From: a virus
Direction: 5' to 3' (one strand)
IMG/VR virus record: IMGVR_UViG_3300021492_000027
DNA: 64,000 bases
Every line of letters begins with the position of its first letter. Position 1 is the stretch's first letter. The position numbers and the translations under genes are program-made. Below, piece by piece: positions 46,575 through 56,357 of this stretch. The notes under the pieces were generated by a model, which saw only the letters and a program-made list of their open reading frames with translations, had not been told where the DNA came from and did not search any database.

Positions 46575-46937
46575 ATGAATAGATATAGAGAATATAGCGA
46601 CAAAGCACTGGTGGTAATTTATATCTTCAATTATCCCGCCGAGCATCATGAAGAAACTAAAGAGTTGTGGGAAGAATTAGAATGGAGAGGTTTGATAGAA
46701 TGGGCAGAGCAAACATACGGTGAACTTCTCAAGCTTTTTAATGAAAAGTGGGAGAAATGGGAGAAAGAGATTGAAGGAGGATGTGAAGAAATACGAAAAA
46801 AGGTAATAATAAGGAGAACATGTAATTTTGGAGACCCTGATTATCCATACAAAGTAGACGAAGGTATCAGTCATGACGGAAAGAAAGAGGTAATCTCCCA
46901 GCTTTTTACTGGCGAGTGTGAAGTGCTGGATCAGTAG
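46575..46937 (+). CDS. Hypothetical protein
   Basis: 120-aa ORF. Confidence 0.6.
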   Translation: MNRYREYSDKALVVIYIFNYPAEHHEETKELWEELEWRGLIEWAEQTYGELLKLFNEKWEKWEKEIEGGCEEIRKKVIIRRTCNFGDPDYPYKVDEGISHDGKKEVISQLFTGECEVLDQ

Positions 46938-47142
46938 ATTGTGCAAAGCATTATGACTTTGATTTTTATTTTTTATATATTTTTTAGATATTTGTTCAGC
47001 AAGATAACAATTATATGAAGAAAAATAATTTAAAAGCAATAAATTACGAATTACAGTTTATATTACCAGTAGCAATAAACGACAAGTTGCTTTATGTTTA
47101 TATATTTTTAGAAAATAATCCCTCAAAAAGGAGTAAATAAAC

Positions 47143-48126
47143 ATGAGCTTGGTAGAGAAATATCGTCCCAAGAGCCTTGATGAAATAATAGGTCAAGACC
47201 AGCTAAAGACAAAAATCCGTAATATTTTAGTTAAGGATTATTTGCCCCATCTCATGTTCGTGGGCGACCCTGGTGTGGGCAAAACGAGCCTTGCGCACAT
47301 AATAGCGCAAGAAAAGCATTACTATTTGATAGAGATGAACGCATCTGACGAGCGTGGTATAGATGTTGTTCGTCATGAGATAAAGCAATATGCACGTACA
47401 AAGACCATAGGCGATTATAAGGGCAAGATAATCTTGCTGGACGAGGCAGATAACTTAACAGCAGATGCTATGGACGCTTTGAGACGTACAATGGAACGCT
47501 ATGAGCATATCACAACTTTTATTTTTACTGTTAATCGTCCCGAACGTGTAATAGACCCCATAAAGAGCCGTTGCGCGATTTTTTATTTCAAACGACTAAC
47601 TGATGCTGACGTTTTGAAACGCATCTTGTTCATTTTGAAAAACGAACATATTAGTATAGATTTGAAAAACCCTAAGATAAAGGCAGGCTTACGTGAGCTC
47701 ATACGGTATGCCAATGGTGATCTACGCACCGCTATAAACATGCTGGAGTCAGTAATAACAAAAGAAAAGACAATAACTGAGGAGAGCATACTGATAGAAG
47801 AGAAGCCTCAGAATGTCCAGCAAATACTGCAAATAGTTTTAGATGGCGATTTTGAAACTGCCCGCAATGAGCTACAAAAGTTGTATATCCAGAATCGTTA
47901 TGGTACAAACGCCATAATAGAACAGCTTTATGATGCGTTATCAAAGGCTGATGGGCTATCAGACGCTGTCCGTATAAAAATCTATGAAAAACTTGGTGAG
48001 CTCGAACGCAACTTGAAGCTGGGCACGAACCCCATAATCCAGCTAACTTCGTTTCTCGCGTTTCTGTGGATAGTTCAATACGTGAAAGTGCCATCCGAAT
48101 GTCCATTAGTAGCTAAGAGCTCATGA
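47143..48126 (+). CDS. rfcS: Replication factor C small subunit
   Basis: VEKYRP, PHLMFVGDPGVGKT, EMNASDERGID, LLDEAD, MDALRRTME, IKSRC. Confidence 0.92.
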   Translation: MSLVEKYRPKSLDEIIGQDQLKTKIRNILVKDYLPHLMFVGDPGVGKTSLAHIIAQEKHYYLIEMNASDERGIDVVRHEIKQYARTKTIGDYKGKIILLDEADNLTADAMDALRRTMERYEHITTFIFTVNRPERVIDPIKSRCAIFYFKRLTDADVLKRILFILKNEHISIDLKNPKIKAGLRELIRYANGDLRTAINMLESVITKEKTITEESILIEEKPQNVQQILQIVLDGDFETARNELQKLYIQNRYGTNAIIEQLYDALSKADGLSDAVRIKIYEKLGELERNLKLGTNPIIQLTSFLAFLWIVQYVKVPSECPLVAKSS

Positions 48127-48130
48127 AAAA

Positions 48131-48832
48131 ATGCAACTCAATTTCAGATTATCCTATTATTCAATAACGACATTTTTGAAGTGCCCAAAGAAATTCGAGT
48201 ATATCTACTCAATAAAGCCAGATAAAGTTTTGAAACAGGCACGGGCGAAAGAAGCTGACTGGGGTGTCCGTGTCCATGAAGCGATAGCACAATATTATTC
48301 ATGGTTACTTCATGCTGGTAATGATATAGATGATTCGTTACGTGAAGCCAAAATAATTGACTTTTTTGAACAGAAACGTGACCCTGCGCGTGGTAGCGAA
48401 TATGACGAGTTCATAACAACATGCTGTAACAATTTCATCAAATACGAGCTAAATAAGCGTCCGAAGACAGCTAAAATCGAAGCGATAGAGGTCGAGTGTC
48501 GTAACGAGTATCTGACTGGTAGGTTGGACTTGGTTCTAAGTGACCGTGTTATTGATTGGAAGACGGGCAAGCCTATGTCGTTTTTTGATGAATCGTTGAT
48601 AGTACAGGGCAGTGTCTATCTTCTATTAACAGAAGCGCAAAAGGTTGATTTCGTGTTCTTACGTACGGGTAAGGTATTGACCCTAACGAGCCCAAATACA
48701 AAGCTCATACAGCATGTGGTTGATGAGATAGAGTCAAAAACGGAGTTTGAGAAGCGGGTATCGCCATTATGTAGGTTCTGTGAGTATCAGCTATGGTGTC
48801 AGTTCAGTGATAAGGTATTGTGGCAGTTGTGA
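48131..48832 (+). CDS. Cas4/RecB-like PD-(D/E)xK exonuclease with Fe-S cysteines
   Basis: CPKK, GRLD...IDWKTG, Q..VY, LCRFCEYQLWC. Confidence 0.8.
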   Translation: MQLNFRLSYYSITTFLKCPKKFEYIYSIKPDKVLKQARAKEADWGVRVHEAIAQYYSWLLHAGNDIDDSLREAKIIDFFEQKRDPARGSEYDEFITTCCNNFIKYELNKRPKTAKIEAIEVECRNEYLTGRLDLVLSDRVIDWKTGKPMSFFDESLIVQGSVYLLLTEAQKVDFVFLRTGKVLTLTSPNTKLIQHVVDEIESKTEFEKRVSPLCRFCEYQLWCQFSDKVLWQL

Positions 48833-49166
48833 GATATTTAAAAAATAGCTTTGGAGGTATTAATGAAATAATAATTATTTATTATTGATAAATTAATTTT
48901 CAAAAGCAAAAGTTTTATATGTTTACACTTTCTATATTTTATTGTGACTCATGAGGGGGCATGTCCCTCTCTCTTTTCCCTCCCTCCTCTTTTTTCATCA
49001 ATGGTGTTTCTCAAGCGCTTGGTTATTACTCTTCATCGGAAGTTTTTATAAAAAATAAGAAACATTTAGAAGTTTCATCCCTTGGAATTTCCTAATAATT
49101 ATCTATTATTTCTCTGACCTTATATTAATATCAATATTTATATTGATGAAATAATAATTATTTATT

Positions 49167-49811
49167 ATGGATATAGCTGAGGTCAAAGAAGGTAGGAGGA
49201 AGAGATTTAGAGATAATTTATTAGGAGTTGAGTACGAGTATGACTATGATACCGATACGCTTACGAATGTAACTTTTACACCAGAGCAGGTCGTAAAGAT
49301 AAGAAGTTTTGAAGTAAAACATACTTATGTTTATAAGTTTAAAGGAGAAATAAAGGACATGAGAGGAAATAAAATAACCATATTTGAAGTAGTAGATACT
49401 AATACAAAGCATAAAAGACTTACTTTGAAAGATGAGGAAACAGGTAAAACATATCCTTTATCAGGAAGTAACATAGCAGTTCTTTTGGAGGAGATACTTT
49501 CACTTTCAGGAGGAAATGGAATAATTGACTTATCAGAAAAAGAAAAGTGGATGCTTCAAATCCTGAATGAAAGATATGCATTTGGGTTGGTGAAGATGCT
49601 TTTAAAAAGCGAAAATTACACTATCACGGTAAAGGAGGTTGCAAATGAGTTCAAATTTAATGATATTCAGAAGGCAAGGAATGTATTAGCTAAGTTTAAG
49701 AGGCTTGGGTTTCTCATAAGCAAAAAGAAGTCGTCAAAGGAAATGATTTATACAACTACTGTGAAGAGAGAAGAATTAACAAACTTCATTAAGAAAATTC
49801 TTGAGGCATAA
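49167..49811 (+). CDS. Protein with C-terminal winged-HTH
   Basis: TVKEVANEF...ARNVLAKFKRLGFL. Confidence 0.6.
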   Translation: MDIAEVKEGRRKRFRDNLLGVEYEYDYDTDTLTNVTFTPEQVVKIRSFEVKHTYVYKFKGEIKDMRGNKITIFEVVDTNTKHKRLTLKDEETGKTYPLSGSNIAVLLEEILSLSGGNGIIDLSEKEKWMLQILNERYAFGLVKMLLKSENYTITVKEVANEFKFNDIQKARNVLAKFKRLGFLISKKKSSKEMIYTTTVKREELTNFIKKILEA

Positions 49812-49827
49812 GGTGCTATGAAGAGAA

Positions 49828-51066
49828 ATGAAACACAAAATAATCTGCGGACATGTGCTGGATGTTCTGAAGACATTGCAAGATGAGAGTGTTGATACGA
49901 TTATTACCTCACCGCCATATTGGAAATTACGTTCTTACTTACCGGATAATCATCCTGACAAAGATAAAGAGATAGGACAAGAGTCAACACTTGATGAATA
50001 TATCTTACACCTATTAGAAGTAACACGGGAATTGAAGAGGGTTCTCAAAAAGACGGGTGTCATGTTTTGGAACCACGATACTAATAAGCAGAACTTATGT
50101 GATAGTATGCAGAATTACAGGTTAGTTATCAAGATGATAGATGAGCAGGGTTGGTTAATGCCTAAAAAAGGACCCATAATTTGGTTCAAACCTAACCACA
50201 TGCCTGATAGTTTCAAACGAGGTTTTACACATAGTTACGAACCGGTTTTTATGTTAGTGAAAGACAGAAACTATTGGTTTGATTTAGATGCAGTAAGAGT
50301 TCCTCATAAAGAATCGAGTAAGAAGAGGGTTCTAAGAGCAGTAAGCAATAAGCATAAGTATCTTAGTCATCCTGAATATAGTGGTGGCGGCGGCATAAAT
50401 AAACCAAGACCAAATAGACGGAAGCTGTCTATAAATTTTTCTGACTTGTTTGGTGAATCAAATAAAGAGTATCATAGAGAACAAAATATGGCAATTTCTC
50501 AATATCAATATGCAGAGGGGGACTATTTGGTAGTGAATCTTCATCCATCAGGAGCTAATCCGGGTGATGTGTGGAGTATTTCTAACCAGTCATTTTCAGG
50601 TGCGCATTTTGCTGTTTTTGGTGAGAGATTTGTGGAACCTCTAATTAAGGCAGCATGTCCACAATGGATATGTAAAAAATGTAAAAAACCAAGAGAAAGA
50701 ATAGTACGGGTTCATAGACCATCTGATTATGATCCTTCTTGTGTAGCTGATTATGCTGATAAAGTTAATACTAATTGGCATAATCGTCCAGTCTCAAAAA
50801 TATTCAAAGATTCATTAAGGAGTAGGAGAGAGATTGTTGGCTGGACAGACTGCGGTTGTAGTGCAGGCTGGGAAGCAGGTGTGGTGCTCGACCCATTTGC
50901 AGGTAGGGGCACAGTTGGTATAGTAGCAGAGAAGTTAGGGCGGAATAGCATCCTGATAGACCTGAATAAAGATTATTGTGAGATGGCATATCGAGGATTG
51001 AAACCCTTAGTAGCACAGAAGAAGCTAACAGGTGAAGAATCCATAATAGAGAAGATAGGATTTTAA
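49828..51066 (+). CDS. DNA methyltransferase, N4-C/N6-A beta class, with Zn-finger insertion
   Basis: ITSPPY, HFAVF, C..W.CKKC...CGC, VLDPFAGRGT. Confidence 0.9.
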   Translation: MKHKIICGHVLDVLKTLQDESVDTIITSPPYWKLRSYLPDNHPDKDKEIGQESTLDEYILHLLEVTRELKRVLKKTGVMFWNHDTNKQNLCDSMQNYRLVIKMIDEQGWLMPKKGPIIWFKPNHMPDSFKRGFTHSYEPVFMLVKDRNYWFDLDAVRVPHKESSKKRVLRAVSNKHKYLSHPEYSGGGGINKPRPNRRKLSINFSDLFGESNKEYHREQNMAISQYQYAEGDYLVVNLHPSGANPGDVWSISNQSFSGAHFAVFGERFVEPLIKAACPQWICKKCKKPRERIVRVHRPSDYDPSCVADYADKVNTNWHNRPVSKIFKDSLRSRREIVGWTDCGCSAGWEAGVVLDPFAGRGTVGIVAEKLGRNSILIDLNKDYCEMAYRGLKPLVAQKKLTGEESIIEKIGF

Positions 51067-51078
51067 AAATTATAAAAA

Positions 51079-51222
51079 ATGAAATTAAACCTATGTCCTA
51101 AATGTAGTGTTCCTTTAATCAAAACAGAGAGCCAAAAAAAGCTCTCGCTATGGTGTCCCATATGTGGCTTTTATACAGAACATTATAAAAATGAAAGCAA
51201 TAATGAACAAAACGCATTATAG
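51079..51222 (+). CDS. Small Zn-ribbon protein (47 aa, not in ORF track)
   Basis: CPKC...WCPICG. Confidence 0.5.
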   Translation: MKLNLCPKCSVPLIKTESQKKLSLWCPICGFYTEHYKNESNNEQNAL

Positions 51223-51391
51223 CTATGAAGAGACCCCTATCCATTGTAGCATTTGCAGTACCCGCCTTTTCGCATTAGCGAAATGCAGCAAACCAATCGG
51301 CAATATCAAGATTGTACAATTCCTCTGTCCTGTGTGTGATAAGGAACTACACTATGCGCTTCTTACACTTACAGGGCAAATCCATGAATAG
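51164..51391 (+). CDS. Small Zn-finger protein
   Basis: CSIC...CPVC; true start probably ATG 51191 or 51203. Confidence 0.5.
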   Translation: MAFIQNIIKMKAIMNKTHYSYEETPIHCSICSTRLFALAKCSKPIGNIKIVQFLCPVCDKELHYALLTLTGQIHE

Positions 51392-51396
51392 CAAAA

Positions 51397-52188
51397 ATGA
51401 GCCTGAAGACATTAGATGACCTGCTCATAGATACAGCTACTATTGAGTCAATAAAACATGCAATCTCAGGCACTAATTTCAAACTGCTCTTTTATGGCAC
51501 ATCAGGTGTTGGCAAGACCACACTTGCGTATATCATAGCGAACCTCAAGTCTTTGAATGTGATAGAGACCAATATGAGCGACGAGCGCACAATAGACGAT
51601 TTAAAGAAATTAGAACAGCGTATCAATAACAAACCACTATTTGGTAACGGTAACTTGTTTCTATTCGATGAAATAGACGGCATTAGAGATAGTAAGTTCT
51701 TTAACAAACTAAAAGATATAATCGAGAGTTCAATCCATCCGGTTATCCTAACATGCAACCGTATCTGGGTAATCCCGTCATCATTAAAAAAAGTAGTGAC
51801 ATCAATAGAGATAAAACCATCACGAAGCAAGCTAAGGCATGAATTTGGGTTTAATGCCGATAACACAGATATTAGAGCAATCAAACTAATGAAAGATGCG
51901 GGCAGCGAAGGCTATGAACAACAAAACAATTTCCGTGATATAGAGTTGTTTTTTGATAGACGTGTTCCTGCATCTGAGAAAGCCAAAATCCTTAATATGA
52001 GAAACATAGATATATGGCTGTTGGAGAACATCCCTGAGTTCAGTTGGGGCAGGCAGCTATACGAAAATTATCGTGTTTTGGCTATAAGTGACTTGACCAA
52101 ATGCAGAGATGTTTTGTCTTTGGTTAAAGCTAACAAACATGGCACACCTAAGTTTCCGAGTTTGTTAATGAAACGTAAGGTAACATGA
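51397..52188 (+). CDS. Replication factor C large-subunit-like AAA+ protein (short)
   Basis: FYGTSGVGKTT, IETNMSDER, LFDEID, VILTCN. Confidence 0.7.
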   Translation: MSLKTLDDLLIDTATIESIKHAISGTNFKLLFYGTSGVGKTTLAYIIANLKSLNVIETNMSDERTIDDLKKLEQRINNKPLFGNGNLFLFDEIDGIRDSKFFNKLKDIIESSIHPVILTCNRIWVIPSSLKKVVTSIEIKPSRSKLRHEFGFNADNTDIRAIKLMKDAGSEGYEQQNNFRDIELFFDRRVPASEKAKILNMRNIDIWLLENIPEFSWGRQLYENYRVLAISDLTKCRDVLSLVKANKHGTPKFPSLLMKRKVT

Positions 52189-52194
52189 AAAGAA

Positions 52195-53448
52195 ATGGGG
52201 TTCATAGACATGTATGTGGACGAAATAACGCTCCGTACGGGTGCAGCAAAGAAGATAATCAAAGCAAACGCCATATTCTTAGTTTCATCAGTCATTTGCG
52301 ACAAGAATATACGAATAGCAACAGCAATAGGTGACCAGAAACCGAACCTATGGTTTTTTGTGGTTTCGCCTTCAGGCACAAGAAAAACAACAGTAGTCAA
52401 ACGCTGGGGCTCAACACTTTTGTATCGTATCAACAAGAATATCGTTTTACCAGACGAGTTCACACCAGAAGCTTTATTTTCTGTCTTAACAACGAATGGT
52501 ACTGATACTGAATATGATGGTAGTGCAACAGGCGCATACATAAAAGACGAAGCTTCTGGTTTTTTTGCGTCATCACAACGTGACTATATGCTCGGAATAA
52601 TGGAGAAGCTCAGTCAGGTCTATGACGGCGAGGACGTGAGCCGCGTAACAAAAGGTGGCGGACTTGAGGAAATAATCAATCCATATCTAACAGTGATGAT
52701 GTGCTCAACACCGTATATATACAAACTTTTTAGCGAATCTATGTTCAGACAAGGGTTTTTGAATCGTTTCCTTTACATAGTTGTTAACGACCGCCCGAAT
52801 TTTGCAAACTTGCACATGCTCGATGGCTATAAATCTTATAAAAGTGTTAGGGACAAGCTAATAAATGAGCTTTTTCTTATCCGCAACCTGCCTGATAACA
52901 TTGTATGTATGGTATCGCCCTCTATTGAGGACTTGATGAACCAATATAGACGCAAAATATACGATGAAGTAGCCAAATTAGAAAGTGATAGCTTTGTGCC
53001 GGACTATTTTTTTCGGTTATGCGATTCTCAAGTTCTCAAATTAGCAACGATATTTGAGATAGATGCGTCCTATCAAAAACTATCAGAAGAGCAGTCATTA
53101 CCTGTGATAGGCGAAGATATGATTTTGCCTATGCGGTTCGAGTCTATGCGTAAAGCGATTAGCTATGCCGAAGCACGCAAAAACGATTATTTACGGTTAG
53201 TATACGAATTCATGCAACAAACCCAGGAACGTGAGATATATACTCACAAAAAAGAAATAGAACGATGCTATACAAAAATCAAGGATGCAGGTAGCGCTGG
53301 TATAACAAGAAAAGACCTGATAAGGGGTTTGCAATGGCACGCTGATTTTCTCGACAAGGTAATCAATACACTCCTTCAATCAGAGCGTATAAAACTCCGT
53401 ATAAAAAAGACCAAAACCAAGCGTACAGTGATTTACTATGCCGAATAG
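52195..53448 (+). CDS. Putative replicative helicase/initiator (DUF3987-like AAA+ with C-terminal wHTH)
   Basis: VSPSGTRKTT, KDEA, LSQVYDG, GFLNRF; C-terminal ITRKDLIR...LLQSERI. Confidence 0.6.
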   Translation: MGFIDMYVDEITLRTGAAKKIIKANAIFLVSSVICDKNIRIATAIGDQKPNLWFFVVSPSGTRKTTVVKRWGSTLLYRINKNIVLPDEFTPEALFSVLTTNGTDTEYDGSATGAYIKDEASGFFASSQRDYMLGIMEKLSQVYDGEDVSRVTKGGGLEEIINPYLTVMMCSTPYIYKLFSESMFRQGFLNRFLYIVVNDRPNFANLHMLDGYKSYKSVRDKLINELFLIRNLPDNIVCMVSPSIEDLMNQYRRKIYDEVAKLESDSFVPDYFFRLCDSQVLKLATIFEIDASYQKLSEEQSLPVIGEDMILPMRFESMRKAISYAEARKNDYLRLVYEFMQQTQEREIYTHKKEIERCYTKIKDAGSAGITRKDLIRGLQWHADFLDKVINTLLQSERIKLRIKKTKTKRTVIYYAE

Positions 53449-53449
53449 C

Positions 53450-54190
53450 AAATTCGTCTTATTTTTAGCTTCAAAACAAAAATTCCGAGATGAATTGAGC
53501 AAAAAACCGCTATTTCTCTTTTCATATTGCTCTATTTTTGACTTTACGTTTTCCGCTCTGAGGGCTTCTTTTCAGAACTCAATTTTCAAAACTCTATTTA
53601 CTGAAATAACCTAAAATAGCGGTTTTTGAAATTTTCAGTAATACTGAGGCATTAGGTTACCCAAACATTTTTAAAGCTCGCTCCTATCTTTATTTCCCTT
53701 GTTTTGAATGCTCTTAATTCCAAACAAAAATTCCGAGATGGATAGCGATTAATAAGCCTTATACTCCTCTCTGATAGCCCCATTTTCGACTTTACGTTTT
53801 TTTGTTTTAGCGCTTCTTTTCCAATTTCGACATATACCAATGCTTATTTAGCGAATTAAACCTCTCTAATATCTTCTTCAAAAAATTTTTTCAATCCAGC
53901 CACTCTCAGAGCTCCAATTACCCAAAAGGGCTATCCACACAAGTTAGTTCACAACTGAAATAGTTCAAATAGTTCAATAGTTCATTATTATTATATTATA
54001 TAATATTATATATAATAAGTTATTTTATTACAACGAAGCCTTCTCAGGGGTTTTTCATTTAGTGAAGGTATTGAACTTTTTGAACTATTTTCCACCATCT
54101 CTCCGAGCTTCTTTGGTATATTTCGAGCTCGGAGAATGCCCCAATCGGCACTTTTTGAAGGAAGAAAGTTCAATTGAACTATTTCAACCC
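53450..54190. other. Putative replication origin
   Basis: About 790-bp gene-free gap with a degenerate 248-bp duplication, four TAGTTCA direct repeats, an A/T-only core and inverted TGAACTA copies. Confidence 0.6.
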
Positions 54191-54240
54191 TTGAATTAGC
54201 ATGATTTTTAATACACAATAACAACTATCATAAGATTATT

Positions 54241-54525
54241 ATGACAAAAAGAATTGAGCCTACAAAGCGTCAGAAGCGTCAATTTGCTAAGGGGTTCTGG
54301 TGGAGCAGACGCGAGCACAACTTTGAACGCTACACTACATGGTTCTTAGTGATAGGGTTCATGTTCTTAGTTGCGGGATTGTTAGGCAGACGGATATGGC
54401 AGTTAGTTTCAATACCGATTTTGGGATTAGCGATATTCTTTAAATTGCTTGCGGGTTTTGCACATAGGATGGAAAAGCATTACAACGATAAGCTGAGATA
54501 CGGGAGATGGAAGAAAAGGAGGTGA
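54241..54525 (+). CDS. Basic two-TM protein
   Basis: Two hydrophobic helices. Confidence 0.6.
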   Translation: MTKRIEPTKRQKRQFAKGFWWSRREHNFERYTTWFLVIGFMFLVAGLLGRRIWQLVSIPILGLAIFFKLLAGFAHRMEKHYNDKLRYGRWKKRR

Positions 54526-54542
54526 AAAGTAAGTAACATAAA

Positions 54543-54755
54543 ATGATAGAAGAAAGAAAATTAAAGGAAATAGAGAAAATGTTAGAGAAACATGGAATAA
54601 GGGATTACAATATCACTATTAAAGATGGAGAAGTATTCATAGATTTCTTTAAGAGAGTCACATTTCAACCTAATTGTGAATTAGAAGAGGATATATATGA
54701 AGAGCTTGTAAAGCGATTTGCGAGAGAAAAAAATGAAAGAAAGAGGATAAAATGA
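54543..54755 (+). CDS. Hypothetical protein
   Basis: 70-aa ORF. Confidence 0.55.
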   Translation: MIEERKLKEIEKMLEKHGIRDYNITIKDGEVFIDFFKRVTFQPNCELEEDIYEELVKRFAREKNERKRIK

Positions 54756-55069
54756 CACCACGACAAAAAGCATATCTAAAAAACTGGATGCGAGAGCAAG
54801 TTCGGTATGAACCTAATATGCATCATAGAATCCCCGATCTCCTTTTTAAAACTATTTTAATCTATGGTGTTTCTCTTAATATGGCAAAACAAGTTTTTCT
54901 TGAAATATCGAAAGAGGAAAATGTTCATTTAATACCAATCAGCACGATGTGGTTAGAAGGGGCAAGTAACTTAGAGGGTAAGCGAGGGCTAAAAAGGAAA
55001 TTAAAATGGTATCCGCTTGTAAATGGTGCATATAGATCACATTATTACTATGAAAAAGAAAGGAGGTGA
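54752..55069 (+). CDS. Hypothetical protein
   Basis: 105-aa coupled ORF. Confidence 0.55.
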   Translation: MTPRQKAYLKNWMREQVRYEPNMHHRIPDLLFKTILIYGVSLNMAKQVFLEISKEENVHLIPISTMWLEGASNLEGKRGLKRKLKWYPLVNGAYRSHYYYEKERR

Positions 55070-55073
55070 AAGA

Positions 55074-55529
55074 ATGAAATTTTTGTATATCACGATACAG
55101 CGTGAAAGTGGCTTGAATAATGTTCTGTACCTCTATGGACGTAACAAAAGAGGCAAATATAAGTTTGTAATAGACGATTTCTATCCCTATTTCTTTATTC
55201 TGGCTAATAAATTGCAAAAAATTGAATCATTAAAGCGTTATGAGTTAAATCATCCATCGGAGCACGATTATTTGAAATTCGTAAATAGTATTCGTAACAT
55301 AAGAAACGGATTTAAGTCGCTATATGATGAGCCACTTGTTCGTATAGAGATGCAGGCACCGTGGCAGGTTGCCAAATTCAGGAGCTTTTTTAGTAGGACA
55401 TACGAAGCGGATATAATTTTTGAACGCAGGTTTCTAATAGATACGGGCATAAAGAAAGGCTTTGAGATTAAGAGCTCTAACATAACAGATAATATGCGAG
55501 TTTCATATAGGAATATTAGAGGATATTAG
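55074..55529 (+). CDS. polB: Family B DNA polymerase N-terminal (uracil-sensing) domain, stand-alone
   Basis: LYLYGR, FYPYFF, PWQVAKFR, TYEADIIFERRFLID; start moved to ATG 55074 behind AGGAGGTG. Confidence 0.8.
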   Translation: MKFLYITIQRESGLNNVLYLYGRNKRGKYKFVIDDFYPYFFILANKLQKIESLKRYELNHPSEHDYLKFVNSIRNIRNGFKSLYDEPLVRIEMQAPWQVAKFRSFFSRTYEADIIFERRFLIDTGIKKGFEIKSSNITDNMRVSYRNIRGY

Positions 55530-55538
55530 CGCACAAAA

Positions 55539-55868
55539 ATGATAAATAGCAAAATAATTGTATGTGTGGGTATAGTGGTTGTTTTAGTAGTGCTTTTTGT
55601 TGTAATTTACTTAGTGCCAGATAAATGGATTTACCCTACCGAGGTAATAAATACTTTTGAGGCATGTAACTGGTGTAAAAACAACTGTTCGCATTATTAT
55701 GAGCACTGTTCTATTTGTGTTGATGGTGGAACTTGTTGTGCATGTGTTGATTATTACCGAAGTCATTTCAATTTAACACAAGAAGCTTTCCCGTGTTATT
55801 GTTGGCATTCTAATGAATCTCCACCAACGAAGTTGGAATGGTTATTTAAGAACATAAAAGTGTTTTAA
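55539..55868 (+). CDS. Membrane-anchored Cys-rich protein
   Basis: N-terminal TM, multiple Cys, no CxxCH. Confidence 0.6.
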   Translation: MINSKIIVCVGIVVVLVVLFVVIYLVPDKWIYPTEVINTFEACNWCKNNCSHYYEHCSICVDGGTCCACVDYYRSHFNLTQEAFPCYCWHSNESPPTKLEWLFKNIKVF

Positions 55869-55870
55869 AA

Positions 55871-56188
55871 ATGAAGCGTTCAACAAAAAAGCCTACTCTA
55901 TACTTTATTTTTAGTTATGATAAGCTATCAAAAGAAATAGATTTAACAATCTCAGTTAACGAAAAATTAGAAGACATAGAGCGGTTTATATCATATATTG
56001 ACTTCATTATGGATAATAAATCTGATATTGTAGACCTTACGGATATTATTGAGACATATTACACTATGTTAGAGGATTATCGTGCGCTAAAAGAAATTAT
56101 TGTTAGTGAGTTAGGTTTGAATGTCTTAGTGATTATAGAAAAAAGCAGGTATTTCAAAAAGCAAAAGAGGGCACATGGGCATATCTAA
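55871..56188 (+). CDS. Hypothetical protein
   Basis: 105-aa ORF. Confidence 0.55.
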   Translation: MKRSTKKPTLYFIFSYDKLSKEIDLTISVNEKLEDIERFISYIDFIMDNKSDIVDLTDIIETYYTMLEDYRALKEIIVSELGLNVLVIIEKSRYFKKQKRAHGHI

Positions 56189-56357
56189 TCTAATAAAAAT
56201 GACCAATATATGCAAAGTTTGTAATGGTAAAGGAGAAGTAGTAGTGTCATGTTTAATTACAAAAGACAGTAAATATATACCAATAAAGGTTTTTAGGTGC
56301 GTGGCATGCGGAGGTAGTGGAGTAAAGAATGACAGCACTGAAGAAGCTTTATCTTGA
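56175..56357 (+). CDS. DnaJ-type Zn-finger mini-protein
   Basis: CKVCNGKG...CVACGGSG. Confidence 0.55.
   Translation: MGISNLIKMTNICKVCNGKGEVVVSCLITKDSKYIPIKVFRCVACGGSGVKNDSTEEALS

Noticed and set aside
53450-54190. CRISPR mini-array
   Set aside because: Repeats are 7-19 bp without regular unique 30-40-nt spacers. No CRISPR array was seen anywhere in the window, and the Cas4-like gene is a solo nuclease.
55539-55868. Multiheme cytochrome in the Cys-rich protein
   Set aside because: No CxxCH motif.
55529-56329. Intein, intron or frameshift joining the PolB halves
   Set aside because: No C1/HN intein motifs; the gap holds three intact ORFs, and each PolB part has its own start and stop.
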